Below, piece after piece: positions 38,516-48,325 of a stretch of 64,000 bases of DNA; position 1 is the first letter of the stretch; the number at the start of each line of letters is the position of its first letter. Location: assembly GCA_964016885.1 (NCBI GenBank), contig OZ024740.1, positions 122,450,001 through 122,514,000 of the forward strand, written 5' to 3'. The notes beneath the pieces were generated by a model. It did not search any database, was not told the DNA's origin, and saw only the letters and a list, made by a program, of their open reading frames with translations. The translations under genes and the position numbers were made by a program. This DNA is from Eledone cirrhosa. Taxonomy: Eukaryota.

Positions 38516-41500
38516 TTACAGATATATACTCAGAGTCGGCCCATTCACTCGGGCCATTCTTGCTTCTCTCACCCATCTTTCAACAAAATGCTGGGAAGAG
38601 AGCACTTCCCTCTCTACTCTGATTTTCCTTTTCAAATGAAATTTGAAAAAGTCAATCAGAGCATCACCGAAGAGGTAAGTGCTCGTCTTCAGCCCTTTCA
38701 AACGTGTCCACCATACTATCTCTTTCGCCATGGCCACCAGACAGATAAAAACTGCCTGCCCTTCCCGGCTAAAGGAGGAGGGCGGGGCAATCCTCACGAT
38801 GGACTCAGATGATAGCTGGATCCGTCCTAAACGCGACAGCAGGTGTTCGACATAAACCCACAAGGCAGCAATTTTCGGACACTGGACGAGTGCGTGCAGG
38901 ACGGTTTCGTCGCCCTGCGCGCATCTCGGACATGCCCGGCTGACGGCACCTCCATGCCTGTAGAGTTTATCCCGAACTGGCAAGGCTCCTCGGTAGCACT
39001 GCCAGGCCAGAGATTTCTGGAAGTTGTCCATAGGCCCTGGCCCGAAAGTTCTTCCGAAGAGATTGGCTAGTTGATTTTCGTCGACGCCTAGAGTTTCCCC
39101 AAGTACGTCGTCGCTTTTCCCCTCCACTAATCCTCTATAGAACGCCGAGGTGGAGTTTCCACCGATCACATTGCCCGATTGGTCGAGGGCTGTGAGCGCC
39201 TGAAGACATTCCAGTCTCCAGGCGCTCCCTCTCGGTCTTCGCTTGACCCAGGACTGCAGCTCCGTCAAGGAAACGAGCTGGGGAAAAACGCGTCTAGCAA
39301 ATGGCGAACACACCTGATCACCGTCGAGGAAGAGGTGGAGATGTCGTAGCCTGAGCGCGTGCCTGCGCATCATCAGCCACGGCATGCCCAGCCCTCCACG
39401 TAGCGGGTGTTGACAACAGATGGACCGCCTGACCATCGGAGCACGTCCCTTCCACAAAAAGCGAAAGAGCAAACGCTCCAGCGCAGTCAGGCGAGGCTTA
39501 GGACAAGGTACGACGGTTAGGCGGTAGCAGATGACAGACGCGATGTACGCGTTAGCCACCTCCGCTCGACCTTTCAGGGATAGCTTCCTCTCCGCCCATT
39601 TCTGGGTGAGAGAAGCCACCCTGCTCGTCACCTCGTCCCAGTTTTTGTCCGTCTGGAGGTCCGGACCGAACCAGACCCCTAGCAATTTAACCGGTCCGTC
39701 CGTCCAGCGCCCGGCGACGCTGTTGGACGGCATGGACCTGCCTCTCCAGGCGCCGAGCTGCAGGCCCACTGACTTTTCCTGGTTGATCATTGCTCCTGTC
39801 ACCGCTTCGTATTCTCTTAGTGTAGTGCCGATCGCCTCGATGTGTTTGGCGTTCGACACCACTACGGTGACATCGTCCGCATATGCTGACACGGATCTTC
39901 CGCATCCTAGTTCGCGCGGGACTCCCCTCAACGTCTCCAGTTTGTGCAGTAATGGCTCGAGAGTCAATACGTACAAGAGGGACGAGAGGGGACATCCTTG
40001 GCGGACCGAGCGCATGATGTTGAACGGTTCCGACAGGTGACCGTTCACTCTCACCACAGAGCAGATGTCGCTGTGCATGGCAGCGATCCAGCCTCTGAAG
40101 ACGGGCCCAAAGCCAGCCGCCCTCAGGACTGCCGCTAGGTAACGATGGTCGACCCTATCGAAAGCTTTCGGCTGATCTAAATTGATCAAGGACCCACCCG
40201 TGCCAGGTTCCCTAGCTACCCTCTCTACGATGTATCGCATGAGGTGGAGGTTGTCGTGGATGGATCTGTCGGGAATGGCGCATGTCTGCGCCTCTCCCAC
40301 CAGACCACCAACGACAAGCGCCAACCTCTTTGCTAGCACCTTGGCCAAAATCTTAAACTCTGTGTTTAGCAGAGTTATGGGCCGGAAATTGTCTATGTTA
40401 TCCCCCTTGTTCGGATCCTTTCTCAGCAGTGCCACCGCTCCTCGGCTCACAGAACTGGGAATTCTCCCGTTCTGTTGCCAGTTGCAGTAGACGTCCGCCA
40501 AGAGGCCTCCGAACAAGTCTGGCATCTGTACGTAAAGTTCATAGGGCAGACCATCCAAACCAGGCGATTTACCCCTTGTGCAGACAGTCATTGCCTCCCG
40601 TACTTCAGCGGCTGTTATCGGCTTTTCGCAACACTTCGCCTCAGTGGCCGAGAGCCGCGGCAGTCCGTCGAGGTAGACACTAAAGTCCATCCCTCTACCC
40701 GGCCCCCCGCTGCCCCCGAACAGCTGAGCGAAGTGTCGCTGAAAAGCTTCACACATTTGCCCGGGATCGAGTAGCATGCGCCCGTCGTGGTCCACCAAAG
40801 ACCGGATCGTGGCTTTGTTGCCACGACGCGCCTCCGCCACTCGGGCCCATTGAACGGCTTTCGTCCCATCGTGTCTGAGAGCACGCACCCTAGCTCTGAC
40901 AACGCAGCCTTCGTGCTTTGCATTGAAGAATTGGTCAAGGGCCAATTTCGCCGCAAGCACGTCGGTCGCAATGCCTTTGCTAAGCGCCTCGTCTAATTTT
41001 CTAACTAGTTCTCCCTCTGCTCTATTTTTCTCTATTGCTAAAGCCTTACTAAACCTAATCGATTCTATTCTAATCGCTCTTTTCAGAGCAAACCACCACT
41101 TGTTGTTGACGATGGACCCCGTCAACGCCCGCTTAACTAGTTCGCTAATCCGGTCTCTGTAGGCCTTGCGCGCTGGTAAGGACGCGTTTAGCTTCCAGTA
41201 GCCGGGTCCTCGTCTATGAAGCCTATCTAAGTCAAGCACACAGGTCACGAATTTGTGGTCCGTGTAGCTGACTATCTTGAATTGTGGACAGCCTATGCTA
41301 GACCTATCTATTTCCCTACAAAATACTCTATCTAGATATGATCTGGATGACCCTATGCGGTTTGTCCAAGTCCACATTGGCACATTCGGGAAATCCAATC
41401 GGTACCTGTCAGACAGTTCAAAACGCCTGAGCAGGTTGGTGAGGCTCTTGCACCCTCCACCCCTATCCGCTAATCCCACACAGTCCCAGCGTGCATCTAA

Positions 41501-41935
41501 GATCCCGTTCCAGTCGCCCACTAACACTAAAGAGCGGGACGTTCCAAGAAAGGTCTCCAGACGCCGGAAGAAATCAGGCCGCCCTGCTCCTGTCGGGGCA
41601 TAGACGGCCACTAGCCTGAAAGCTTGCCCGTCTCCGCTGGTCACGTCCAGCACCACCAGCTTACCCTCTGGGTCCAGGAAGATGGCCCGTATGGCGAGAT
41701 CCAAACCTCTCCGAAAAAGCACAGCAACTCCTCCACCCGATCCAGGACGGCTGGGAGATGCGTACACATCGTAGCCGCCGAAGATCGGTGCGAAGGCCCG
41801 TGCTTCGGAGATTCTGGTCTCGCTGATGGCCACTACATCTATGTTTAGTGACCTGAGGTCGTTGAGCAGGTGACCCTGCTTCCATGACGACCCCAAGCCA
41901 CGCGCATTTATGCTGCCTATTCTGAGTGAGGTCAT
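38516..41935 (-). CDS. Tx1-like ORF2: APE endonuclease, reverse transcriptase, C-terminal CCHC (1139 aa)
   Basis: INARGL, ISET, VYAP, GDWN, YLDR, TDH; KSPGLDG, FRPITLLN, DQPKAFD, RQGCPLS, YADD, LLGV; CPRC..ETVLHALVQC. Confidence 0.95.
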   Translation of the reverse strand: MTSLRIGSINARGLGSSWKQGHLLNDLRSLNIDVVAISETRISEARAFAPIFGGYDVYASPSRPGSGGGVAVLFRRGLDLAIRAIFLDPEGKLVVLDVTSGDGQAFRLVAVYAPTGAGRPDFFRRLETFLGTSRSLVLVGDWNGILDARWDCVGLADRGGGCKSLTNLLRRFELSDRYRLDFPNVPMWTWTNRIGSSRSYLDRVFCREIDRSSIGCPQFKIVSYTDHKFVTCVLDLDRLHRRGPGYWKLNASLPARKAYRDRISELVKRALTGSIVNNKWWFALKRAIRIESIRFSKALAIEKNRAEGELVRKLDEALSKGIATDVLAAKLALDQFFNAKHEGCVVRARVRALRHDGTKAVQWARVAEARRGNKATIRSLVDHDGRMLLDPGQMCEAFQRHFAQLFGGSGGPGRGMDFSVYLDGLPRLSATEAKCCEKPITAAEVREAMTVCTRGKSPGLDGLPYELYVQMPDLFGGLLADVYCNWQQNGRIPSSVSRGAVALLRKDPNKGDNIDNFRPITLLNTEFKILAKVLAKRLALVVGGLVGEAQTCAIPDRSIHDNLHLMRYIVERVAREPGTGGSLINLDQPKAFDRVDHRYLAAVLRAAGFGPVFRGWIAAMHSDICSVVRVNGHLSEPFNIMRSVRQGCPLSSLLYVLTLEPLLHKLETLRGVPRELGCGRSVSAYADDVTVVVSNAKHIEAIGTTLREYEAVTGAMINQEKSVGLQLGAWRGRSMPSNSVAGRWTDGPVKLLGVWFGPDLQTDKNWDEVTSRVASLTQKWAERKLSLKGRAEVANAYIASVICYRLTVVPCPKPRLTALERLLFRFLWKGRAPMVRRSICCQHPLRGGLGMPWLMMRRHALRLRHLHLFLDGDQVCSPFARRVFPQLVSLTELQSWVKRRPRGSAWRLECLQALTALDQSGNVIGGNSTSAFYRGLVEGKSDDVLGETLGVDENQLANLFGRTFGPGPMDNFQKSLAWQCYRGALPVRDKLYRHGGAVSRACPRCAQGDETVLHALVQCPKIAALWVYVEHLLSRLGRIQLSSESIVRIAPPSSFSREGQAVFICLVAMAKEIVWWTRLKGLKTSTYLFGDALIDFFKFHLKRKIRVEREVLSSQHFVERWVREARMARVNGPTLSIYL

Positions 41936-41970
41936 GTTTAAAATATAGTGGAAAAGATGGGAAAGACCAC

Positions 41971-44067
41971 TTACCGTACTTTTGGTAGAGGAGGGATGGT
42001 TTTTACATCCCTTTTCACTTGATCGTCTGGTGAAGGGACCGTTGAATCGTCCCTTCGGCTGGTCGTCGGCTCTTCTAAGAGAATGTCTGAATATACTCTT
42101 CGATTGATGGTTCCTCCTAGGTCCCTGAAATCACCAACTGCGTTGGGGAATTTCGTTTTAATGTTTGTGTATTGTTTCTGTGCTATTTTTAGCAGTCTTA
42201 TGTTAGTTGGCGTTTTGATTGGTGCTGGTATTATGTAGTCCTGTTGTGAAATGTCTGTGTGTTCAATTATGTAAGTCATTAGTTTCGTGTTGTGTGTATT
42301 TATTGCCGTGCATTTGTTTTTCTGGGGGTGGGGTGTGGTTCTGCTATTTTCTTGTCGTTGTTGCTGGGTGTGTGTGTTTTGTTGTTGTGTTTGCGATGTT
42401 GGTGCTTGTGGTGGTGGTGTTGAAGGTGTTGTTGGCGGTGGGGTTGTCGCCGGTGGTGATGGTGGCGCTAGTGTGGGTGGTGATGGTGTTGGTGTTGTTG
42501 CTGCTGTGGGTCTCTTTGCAGTAGACTTTACCCTTTTCTCATTTCTTTCCTCCCTTTTCAAAGGCGACGATGCGCTGCTTCTGCGTTTGTGCCTTCTTAC
42601 GACCTTTTGCCATCTCTCTCCCACCTCACACTCCATGTCTGATTCTGTGAGGTCGGGGAGGGGTACCAACTCCACTCTTTCACTTGTTGTTGTTGGTGAT
42701 GTTTGCACTGGAGTCTCTGTTGCAGCTGCATTTGGTATTGCTGTTGTTGTTGTTAGTATTTCCACTGCTGCTGCTGTTTTTGATTTCCGTGGAGTGGGTA
42801 TGGGTGCCACGGGCCTATCGTTCCTGGTTGCCACTTGTCCTGTTGCTGGTAGCCGTGGAGCCGGATTCGGAAGGAGGGGGGTTTTCTTCTTTTCCAGGGT
42901 CTTCTCGTTGCAGAAGGCCCTGAGGTGAGTCTTCGATCCACAGCGAAAGCATTTCGGGCGTTTGCCCTCAACACTTATGGGCAGTTGAGTGCCGTTATCG
43001 AAGTCTATCACATCCGGGATAGCTTCGATGCACTCCTGGTTGGTTTGGATTAGCATCTCAATGGAGGAGCCGACCCAATCTTCTCTTACTTTTTTCTGTA
43101 CTTGCAGTACAGTTGTTTTGTCCTCGATTCCGACGAGGACAGACGCGGCCAGCCAAGAAGGGGTCATTCCGGGGGGGACGTGGGTCAGTTTGACCCTCAC
43201 AATTTTTTGCCCACAGTAGGAGGGCACCAACACCATTTCCTCGCTCCTTAGGGTCACTACTGATTGGGCCTTTGCCTCCTGGGGTGTGGCAAAAAGTACG
43301 TCTACGGTGGCATATTTTTTGCCTCGGGTGATGTGCGTTTTCCGCTGCCACACAGACCCCAAGGCTTTTTGTATTTGGGCCTCTGTGGCTCTTTCCACCC
43401 TACGGGATGTTGTACTTACTGTACGGTACGTGACCGTACAGTGCTCTTGGGTTTCGAAAAAATTTTTCGCTGCCTTGCAGATTGCTCGGTGTCGGTTCTT
43501 TGTCACCATCTTCTTCGCTTCCTCTAATTCCTCATTTGTTATGAGGATTGTTTCCAAGTTTTTCGCAATACCTGCAAATGAGATTGGTTTTTCTCTGCTG
43601 TTGTTGTTGTCGTCAGAGCTGCTGGTACTTTTGTTGTTGCTGCAGGTACTACGACTACTGCCTCCGCCGCTGTTGCTGTGGTTGTTGTTGGTGTTGCTGC
43701 TGCTAATGCTGTTGTTGTTTATGCTGCTGGTGATGCTGTTGCGGCTGCTACTGTTGTTTTCATTGTCACTGTTGCTGTTGTTATTACGGCTGCTACTGCT
43801 ATTATTCCTGACGTCAGACGAATGAACTGGGTTTTCGTATTTCCCGCACACCTGTTTCGTCGCTGTCGTCGTCGTCGTGGAGAAACCTTGCACGCTTTGC
43901 ACGAGACTTTTCTTTTCTTTCGTCACTTGCGAAAGAGAAGGGAGGGAGAGAGACACATTTAAAGAAGGGAGGGAGAGAGACAATCTTCTCTCTGCTGTAG
44001 TGATGATTGAGGAAGAAGAAGACGGAATGAGTGGGAGTGACGTATGAAATTTCTTTTTCGTAGCCAT
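41971..44067 (-). CDS. Tx1-like ORF1 (RRM-like core, CCHC zinc knuckle, low-complexity S/N and P/T tracts; 698 aa)
   Basis: CFRCGSKTHLRAFC (CX2CX4HX4C); lies upstream of ORF2; homolog at 6904-8893. Confidence 0.9.
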   Translation of the reverse strand: MATKKKFHTSLPLIPSSSSSIITTAERRLSLSLPSLNVSLSLPSLSQVTKEKKSLVQSVQGFSTTTTTATKQVCGKYENPVHSSDVRNNSSSSRNNNSNSDNENNSSSRNSITSSINNNSISSSNTNNNHSNSGGGSSRSTCSNNKSTSSSDDNNNSREKPISFAGIAKNLETILITNEELEEAKKMVTKNRHRAICKAAKNFFETQEHCTVTYRTVSTTSRRVERATEAQIQKALGSVWQRKTHITRGKKYATVDVLFATPQEAKAQSVVTLRSEEMVLVPSYCGQKIVRVKLTHVPPGMTPSWLAASVLVGIEDKTTVLQVQKKVREDWVGSSIEMLIQTNQECIEAIPDVIDFDNGTQLPISVEGKRPKCFRCGSKTHLRAFCNEKTLEKKKTPLLPNPAPRLPATGQVATRNDRPVAPIPTPRKSKTAAAVEILTTTTAIPNAAATETPVQTSPTTTSERVELVPLPDLTESDMECEVGERWQKVVRRHKRRSSASSPLKREERNEKRVKSTAKRPTAATTPTPSPPTLAPPSPPATTPPPTTPSTPPPQAPTSQTQQQNTHTQQQRQENSRTTPHPQKNKCTAINTHNTKLMTYIIEHTDISQQDYIIPAPIKTPTNIRLLKIAQKQYTNIKTKFPNAVGDFRDLGGTINRRVYSDILLEEPTTSRRDDSTVPSPDDQVKRDVKTIPPLPKVR

Positions 44068-44281
44068 GTTGTTTTTTGTTTAAAATGAATATTGGGTACA
44101 AAACCCCAATAACTGGTTATTTAACCCCGAAGGGCCAAATAACGGACAGAAAGACCCCTCTCACGAGGAGGAGGGTGTCTTTATCAACAATTTGGTTCAA
44201 GTTTTAAACAATTTACAATTGTTTTAACGGTTAAAAATTACTATACCTTACAGAGCCGAGCCTCCGTCAACCATGGCATTC

Positions 44282-44313
<32 letters not shown>

Positions 44314-44314
<1 letters not shown>

Positions 44315-44692
44315 TTTTGGACAAGGAAAAAAGATCGTACCTGATTGTGGGTGTGGCCTGCCCATTCGACACGAGAGTGCAAGAGAAGGAGAGGGAGAAA
44401 ATTAACCGATGCCAGGACTTAAAGTGGGAGGTAAAAAGGATTTGGAACTGCCATGAAGTCAAAGTGGTCCCGATTGTCATAGGCGCACTAGGTACTGTCT
44501 CAAAAAGTTTCTGGGGATGGTTAAAGAAAATTAGCCCCGCCCCGCTTTTTGGAACACTTCAAAAGGCATGCTTGCTGGGAACAGCAAGAACCCTCCGATT
44601 CGTCCTGAATATCTGAGGCATCAGGTAGTGGCTTGATATTCATTTCAACAAACTTTCCAGTTAACTAACATCAATGACTGAGACTGAAAGAA
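44314..44692 (+). mobile_element. 5'-truncated R4/Dong copy (RLE end and 3' UTR) between (AAT)n tracts
   Basis: Closely similar to 1285-1660. Confidence 0.92.
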
Positions 44693-44693
44693 C

Positions 44694-44721
<28 letters not shown>

Positions 44722-44725
<4 letters not shown>

Positions 44726-45550
44726 TTCCTTCATAGTACCTTCTTTGAGAAAACGGAATTCAGAGATCCACAGACATGGAACTGGTTGAGAAGAAGAGAC
44801 CTTAAAAAGGGTACAGAAGGAATTCTAATGGCTGCGCAAGAGCAGACACTCAAAACGAAGTGGCTGAAACACCATATTTACAAGGAGGAGGCTAGGCCAC
44901 TGTGCAGGATCTGTGGAGAGAGAGAGGAGACTGTGGCTCACATTGTATCCGAGTGTAAACACCTAGCCCAGACACACTATAAAGGCTGGAGACATGATGT
45001 GATGGGCAGGGTAATCCACTGGCATCTATGCAAAGTAAACAATTTAGCACATTCTGAGAAGTGGTATGGGCATAAGACAGAGTCGGTGATAGAAAACGAT
45101 CAGGTGAAGGTGCTATGGGATTTTAGGATTCAGATGGACAAGAAACTGGAACACAATAGACCTGACTGGTGGTTTTGGACAAGGAAAAAATATCGTGCCT
45201 GATTGTGGATGTGGCCTGCCCATTCGACACAAGAGTGCAAGAGAAGGAGAGGGAGAAAATTAACCGACACCAGGACTTAAAGTGGGAGGTAAAAAGGATT
45301 TGGAACTGCCATGAAGTCAAAGTGGTCCCGATTGTCATAGGCGCACTAGGTATTATCTCTAAAGGTTTCCATGGATGGTTAAAGAAAATTGGCCCCGCCC
45401 CGCTTTTTGGAACACTTCAAAACACATGCTTGCTGGGAACAGCAAGAACCCTCCGATACGTCCTGAATATCTGAGGCTGCAGGTAGTGGCTTGATATTCA
45501 TTTCAACAAACTTTCCAGTTAACTAACATCAATGACTGAGACTCAAAGAA
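44722..45550 (+). mobile_element. 5'-truncated R4/Dong copy (frameshifted)
   Basis: Closely similar to 829-1660. Confidence 0.92.
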
Positions 45551-45559
45551 CAAAGCACA

Positions 45560-45650
45560 ATCATCATCATCATCATCATCGTCGTCGCCATCACCATCAT
45601 CATCGACGTCGTCGTCGTTTAATGTCCATCTTCCACACTAGCATGGGTTA
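45560..45650 (-). mobile_element. RTE/SINE 3'-tail stub with (GAT)n tail
   Basis: Reverse complement of GCTAG..GGAA..TGGAC.TTAAACGA..GATGATG as at 47219-47262. Confidence 0.6.
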
Positions 45651-46079
45651 AACATTTTTGTTCCATATGCATGCGTGTCTGTGTGTAAATGCAAAATTCA
45701 CAAAATCCAAATGTGTTTTCAAATGGCAATTATTTAGAATGATTTACAATTGTTTCTGTGCATAAGAATCTGGTTACATTCCTATTTCGGAAACTTCCTT
45801 AAAGACCCTGTGTGATTTCCTCTGTTGGAGAATGTACTTATATTGGAGTTAAATGCTTTGTTTTACTTCCAGGCACAGAGCAGATTCTTATGCACTTCAT
45901 TAGAAGGCAAATTTTCAATGAATCTCTCTATTTATGAAGGAACACAAAGCAACATATTTGTTTTGCAGTGGGGATATAGAATGAGCTTATGAATTAGCCA
46001 GTCAAAATTGTAAGGAGGAGTTTTCCCAAAAATGTTTAGGGTTAGACTTAGTACATATTTTACCAACAAGTTTTCTCAT

Positions 46080-47263
46080 AATTGCAATGGGGGAGGGTGC
46101 TCTGAAAGTACAGTAGCTAAAATCTGAACGGGATGGAAAAAGTTAGGAGAGCTTATACAACTATTGGCCGCTAAAGGGTTCTCTCTAAAAATGAAAGGCA
46201 GGCTGTATGATCTCTGCATACGAACAGCAATGTTACATGGCAGTGAGACCTGGGCATTGTGTGCAGAGGATATACGCAGACTGGAGAGAAACGAAGCTTG
46301 CATGCTCCGCTGGATGTGTAAAGCATAAACGAACTAAGGTAGAAATTAGGAATAAGAGGGATTAGATGTTGTTTACTCGAGAGAAGACTACGTTGGTACG
46401 GTCACGTGATACGCATGAAAGACGACAGCTGTATAAAAAAGTGCAGGGCGATAAAAATAGAGGGTAGCCATGGAGTAGGCAGACCCAGAAAAACCTGGGA
46501 CGACTTGATAAATTCCGACCTCACACACTTACACCTCTCCAAGACAATATCACTGGACCGAGATCTTTGGCGCTACACAGTTATACAGAAGACTCGCCTT
46601 GCCAAAGTACAAAGCGAAACCTACAGTCAGTAGGCACCTCTAACAAAATATACCCCCGCCCCACTACCCCCACCCCATCCACACCACCCCCTTAAATGTG
46701 AAGTTATGTTGGTACCAGATCATCCAGTCCGTAACAACTGAGGTCCTGTATGTGTCACGAAAAAAAAACACAGTCCATGCTGTAATGTGGCCGTGTAGGT
46801 AACACGGTAAAAACCTCCCAGTACACACTGTAAACGTGGTTGGTGTTGGTAAGGGCACCCAGCCGTAGAAAACCTGCCAGACGTGTAGGTGTCACGACAA
46901 TAAAACACACAGTCCACGCTGTTATGTGGGCGTGTAGGCAACACAGTAAAAACCTCCCAGTACACACTGTAAACGTGGTTGGTGTTGGGAAGGGCACCCA
47001 GCCGTAGAAAACCCGCCAGACGTATAGGTGTCACGACAATAAAACACACAGTCCACGCTGTTATGTGGGCGTGTAGGTAACACGGTAAAAACCTCCCAGT
47101 CCACACTGTAAACGTGGTTGGTGTTAGGAAGGGCATCCAGCCGTGGAAAACCCGCCAGACAGTCCTGAGCAAGACAACCAATCTTGCCTCAAGTGGGACA
47201 ATTCCCGTCCAGACCATTGCTAGCGTGGAAAATGGACGTTAAACGATGATGATGATGATGATG
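46080..47263 (+). mobile_element. 5'-truncated RTE LINE; 3' UTR has three 139-bp tandem units (46751-47161)
   Basis: MLHGSETWAL, RRLRWYGHV, GRPRKTW; CAGTCCA at 46771, 46910 and 47049; ends GGACGTTAAAC(GAT)n. Confidence 0.9.
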
Positions 47264-47265
47264 GT

Positions 47266-47330
<65 letters not shown>

Positions 47331-48124
47331 ATACATACATACATATATGTGTGTGTATATATAACTATTATCGTCGTCATTAAAGGCCTGTTTATCTTGC
47401 TGTATACATATATATGTGTGTGTTTACATATTATATATATCTAACTCTTTGTGTAGGTGTCTGCATTGCATCTTCTCCTTAATTTCTAAAGTGAAAATAT
47501 TGAATCATTTTTTATATAAAGTCATGTATTTTAGTCAAACGTTTTGCTTCAGTGTATATATCTTCTAAAATCCTACTTCTGTTTGATTAAATTATTAATG
47601 TTTGCATGAACGCAGTGAATTGGGAGTATCTGTAGCATGTTGAACATGCTTTGCACTATAAATTATGTCCCTTTATATTCTGAGTTCAAATCCTGCCAAG
47701 GTTAGCTTTCACATTCATCTGTGTGCCTAAATAAGAAACCATTATCAACGTTTCCTTGAATAAGAACATGATAGATATTTTCCACACAAATTTCTCAGCT
47801 TCTAAACACGAGTGGTTTCTAGAAGCATTAGAAACAAACAAGCAGTAATCTTATTTTCTATTGTAAATTTTAGGTAGGATACACAAGAGTTGAAACATCC
47901 AAAACGTATTTATATCTGTACTCCAAATAATAAATCAAAAGAACTTGTGTATCCTCAGATGTGATGACTGTTCCGAATGCCTGTTTGATAGCTTCACGTC
48001 TAATGTCATAAGAATGGAAATCATTGCAATTCTTAATGTTATTTCTTTACTGTTTCAAGTATTCATTTTGGTTAGAGCCAAGATTTACATGTGTCAGCTA
48101 CATCTGAAAATTCCAGTTTCCACC

Positions 48125-48325
48125 CATTTCTACCTGCAAGTGGCAATGCTGCATGTCAATGTGACATGGGCCTAGGATGCAGAGGATCTGCAACAGTGAG
48201 AGAGAATTAGTGAATGTATTATTGAGCAACGAAAATGGACAAACTGAGACGGGATATGTATGGGAGGAACAAGAATGCAATGGTATGGACATGTGAAGCA
48301 TTTAGAGGATGATAGCAATATAAGG
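48125..48325 (+). mobile_element. RTE relic
   Basis: AMLHVNVTWA..MQWYGHVKHLEDD. Confidence 0.55.

Larger units (their letters stand above)
38254..44281 (-). mobile_element. Full-length ~6.0-kb Tx1/L1-clade LINE inserted in (AAT)n
   Basis: 214-nt 5' UTR, ORF1, 35-nt spacer, ORF2, 262-nt 3' UTR with AATAAA; (AAT)n at 38204-38253 and 44282-44314. Confidence 0.95.

Noticed and set aside
39531-43962. Plus-strand ORFs antisense to Tx1 ORF1/ORF2
   Set aside because: Shadow frames of a GC-rich coding strand with no motifs
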